IMG/VR virus record: IMGVR_UViG_3300028428_000052
Span: 1-26,610 of that record
Direction: 5' to 3' (one strand)
DNA: 26,610 nucleotides
Source: a virus
Taxonomy: Duplodnaviria; Caudoviricetes
Shown here: piece after piece, positions 25,747 to 26,610 of the stretch
Numbering within the stretch: position 1 is the stretch's first letter
How the letters are laid out: every line of letters starts with the position of its first letter
Made by a program: the position numbers and the translations under genes
The notes under the pieces: generated by a model
Database searches by the model: none
Seen by the model: the letters and a program-made list of their open reading frames with translations, nothing else
Told to the model about the DNA's origin: nothing

Positions 25747-25948
25747 CTTTATCAATTTAGTGCTGGAAATTTACGAGGCCTTCAAGGCGTGGAGGCTTTT
25801 TAAACGCAAGGAGGATTTGAAGGATGCTGCGAAAACGTCGCTTGAAACTAAAGACCAGCGTCCTTTGGAGTCTGAAATTGGCGTGCCTGACAATGGCGTT
25901 CCTAATTACGACGGCGTGCGGGTCGTTCCGCGCAAAAAAAGACCGTGA
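25733..25948 (+). CDS. Small protein, possible inner-membrane spanin partner
   Basis: Lies between the holin-like gene and the lipoprotein gene, which it overlaps. The N-terminus is only moderately hydrophobic. Confidence 0.35.
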   Translation: MNLNSFINLVLEIYEAFKAWRLFKRKEDLKDAAKTSLETKDQRPLESEIGVPDNGVPNYDGVRVVPRKKRP

Positions 25949-26111
25949 AATTTGGCTCATAGATAACGAGCAGCTCGTTCTTTATCGCGTCCTGGACGAA
26001 TACACCGAGGCGCAAATAGACCTGAGCCACAAAACCGCTACGCAATTTATGTGCATTTCGCGCACGGAGTTTGATAAAGTCATTGAGGACCTTGTGAGGG
26101 AAAATGATTGA
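25824..26111 (+). CDS. Lipoprotein, putative o-spanin (Rz1-like)
   Basis: GGAGG SD (25810-25814); basic n-region MLRKRRLKLK; hydrophobic h-region; lipobox-like TTA-C followed by GS; a second Cys near the C-terminus. Confidence 0.55.
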   Translation: MLRKRRLKLKTSVLWSLKLACLTMAFLITTACGSFRAKKDREIWLIDNEQLVLYRVLDEYTEAQIDLSHKTATQFMCISRTEFDKVIEDLVREND

Positions 26112-26610
26112 TCTAACACCCAACGCGCGCGCGGCAGCTCAGAAAATCTCAACGACTCCCACCATTGTTTTCAAAATCAACGGCTACGATAAGATTTTTA
26201 CTTCTGCCGGGATAAATGAATACATTCGAATTGGGGATGAGGGCCTAGAAATCGGCGACGACTGGGTGATTGGCGGCGTTCGCCTCATCAAGAATCAATC
26301 CACATACATGAGCTTCGGTTCTGGCGGTGGGTCGACAACGAGAATCAGCCAAAAACTCCAGCCAGATCGCGCGCAAGGAACGTCGATTTCAAACATGACT
26401 ATCAGTCTGATAGATAAGAACGAAGAAATTTCTCGTCTCATCAGCCCTGGATTTGAGCTTGAGGAAATCATCGGACGCGATTGCGTTGTGTCCGTGGGGT
26501 TTCTTGAAACATCATATCCAGAAGACTATGACGTCATTTTTCGTGGCATTATTTCCGACGTCGATGCGGGCGCGGGATACGTCAATCTATTGCTGTCGAG
26601 CGCGGACGAA
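26104..26610 (+). CDS. Partial tail-tip/hub-like protein (runs off the window)
   Basis: ATG 26104 follows GAGGG and the frame is open to the end (MIDLTPNARAAAQK...ISNMTISLIDKN...VIFRGIISDVD). The pattern resembles tail hub N-termini. Confidence 0.6.
   Translation, partial: MIDLTPNARAAAQKISTTPTIVFKINGYDKIFTSAGINEYIRIGDEGLEIGDDWVIGGVRLIKNQSTYMSFGSGGGSTTRISQKLQPDRAQGTSISNMTISLIDKNEEISRLISPGFELEEIIGRDCVVSVGFLETSYPEDYDVIFRGIISDVDAGAGYVNLLLSSADE

Overview
This window is a gene-dense, entirely plus-strand segment of a long-tailed (siphovirus-type, HK97-fold) phage or prophage. The host cannot be determined from the sequence. In order it contains: small early ORFs; an AT-rich HNH endonuclease overlapping a RecT-like recombinase; a terminator; a ParB-like gene and a Mom-family DNA-modification gene directly upstream of the small and large terminase; a portal fused to a MuF/SPP1-gp7-like minor head domain; an unusual ~4.3 kb fibre/amidase block inside the head module; prohead protease; major capsid; head-tail joining genes; major tail protein; a -1 frameshift tail-chaperone pair; tape measure; several tail-tip and fibre genes; a holin/spanin-like cassette; and the start of a further tail gene. 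The main finding is a complete 76-nt tRNA-Gly(TCC)-like cloverleaf (3442-3517) inside the 3' end of the mom-like ORF. It keeps the GlyRS identity elements and an encoded CCA but has a non-canonical T-arm, suggesting a dedicated non-proteinogenic glycyl donor for DNA hypermodification. All protein calls come from motif recognition by eye; no database searches were run.
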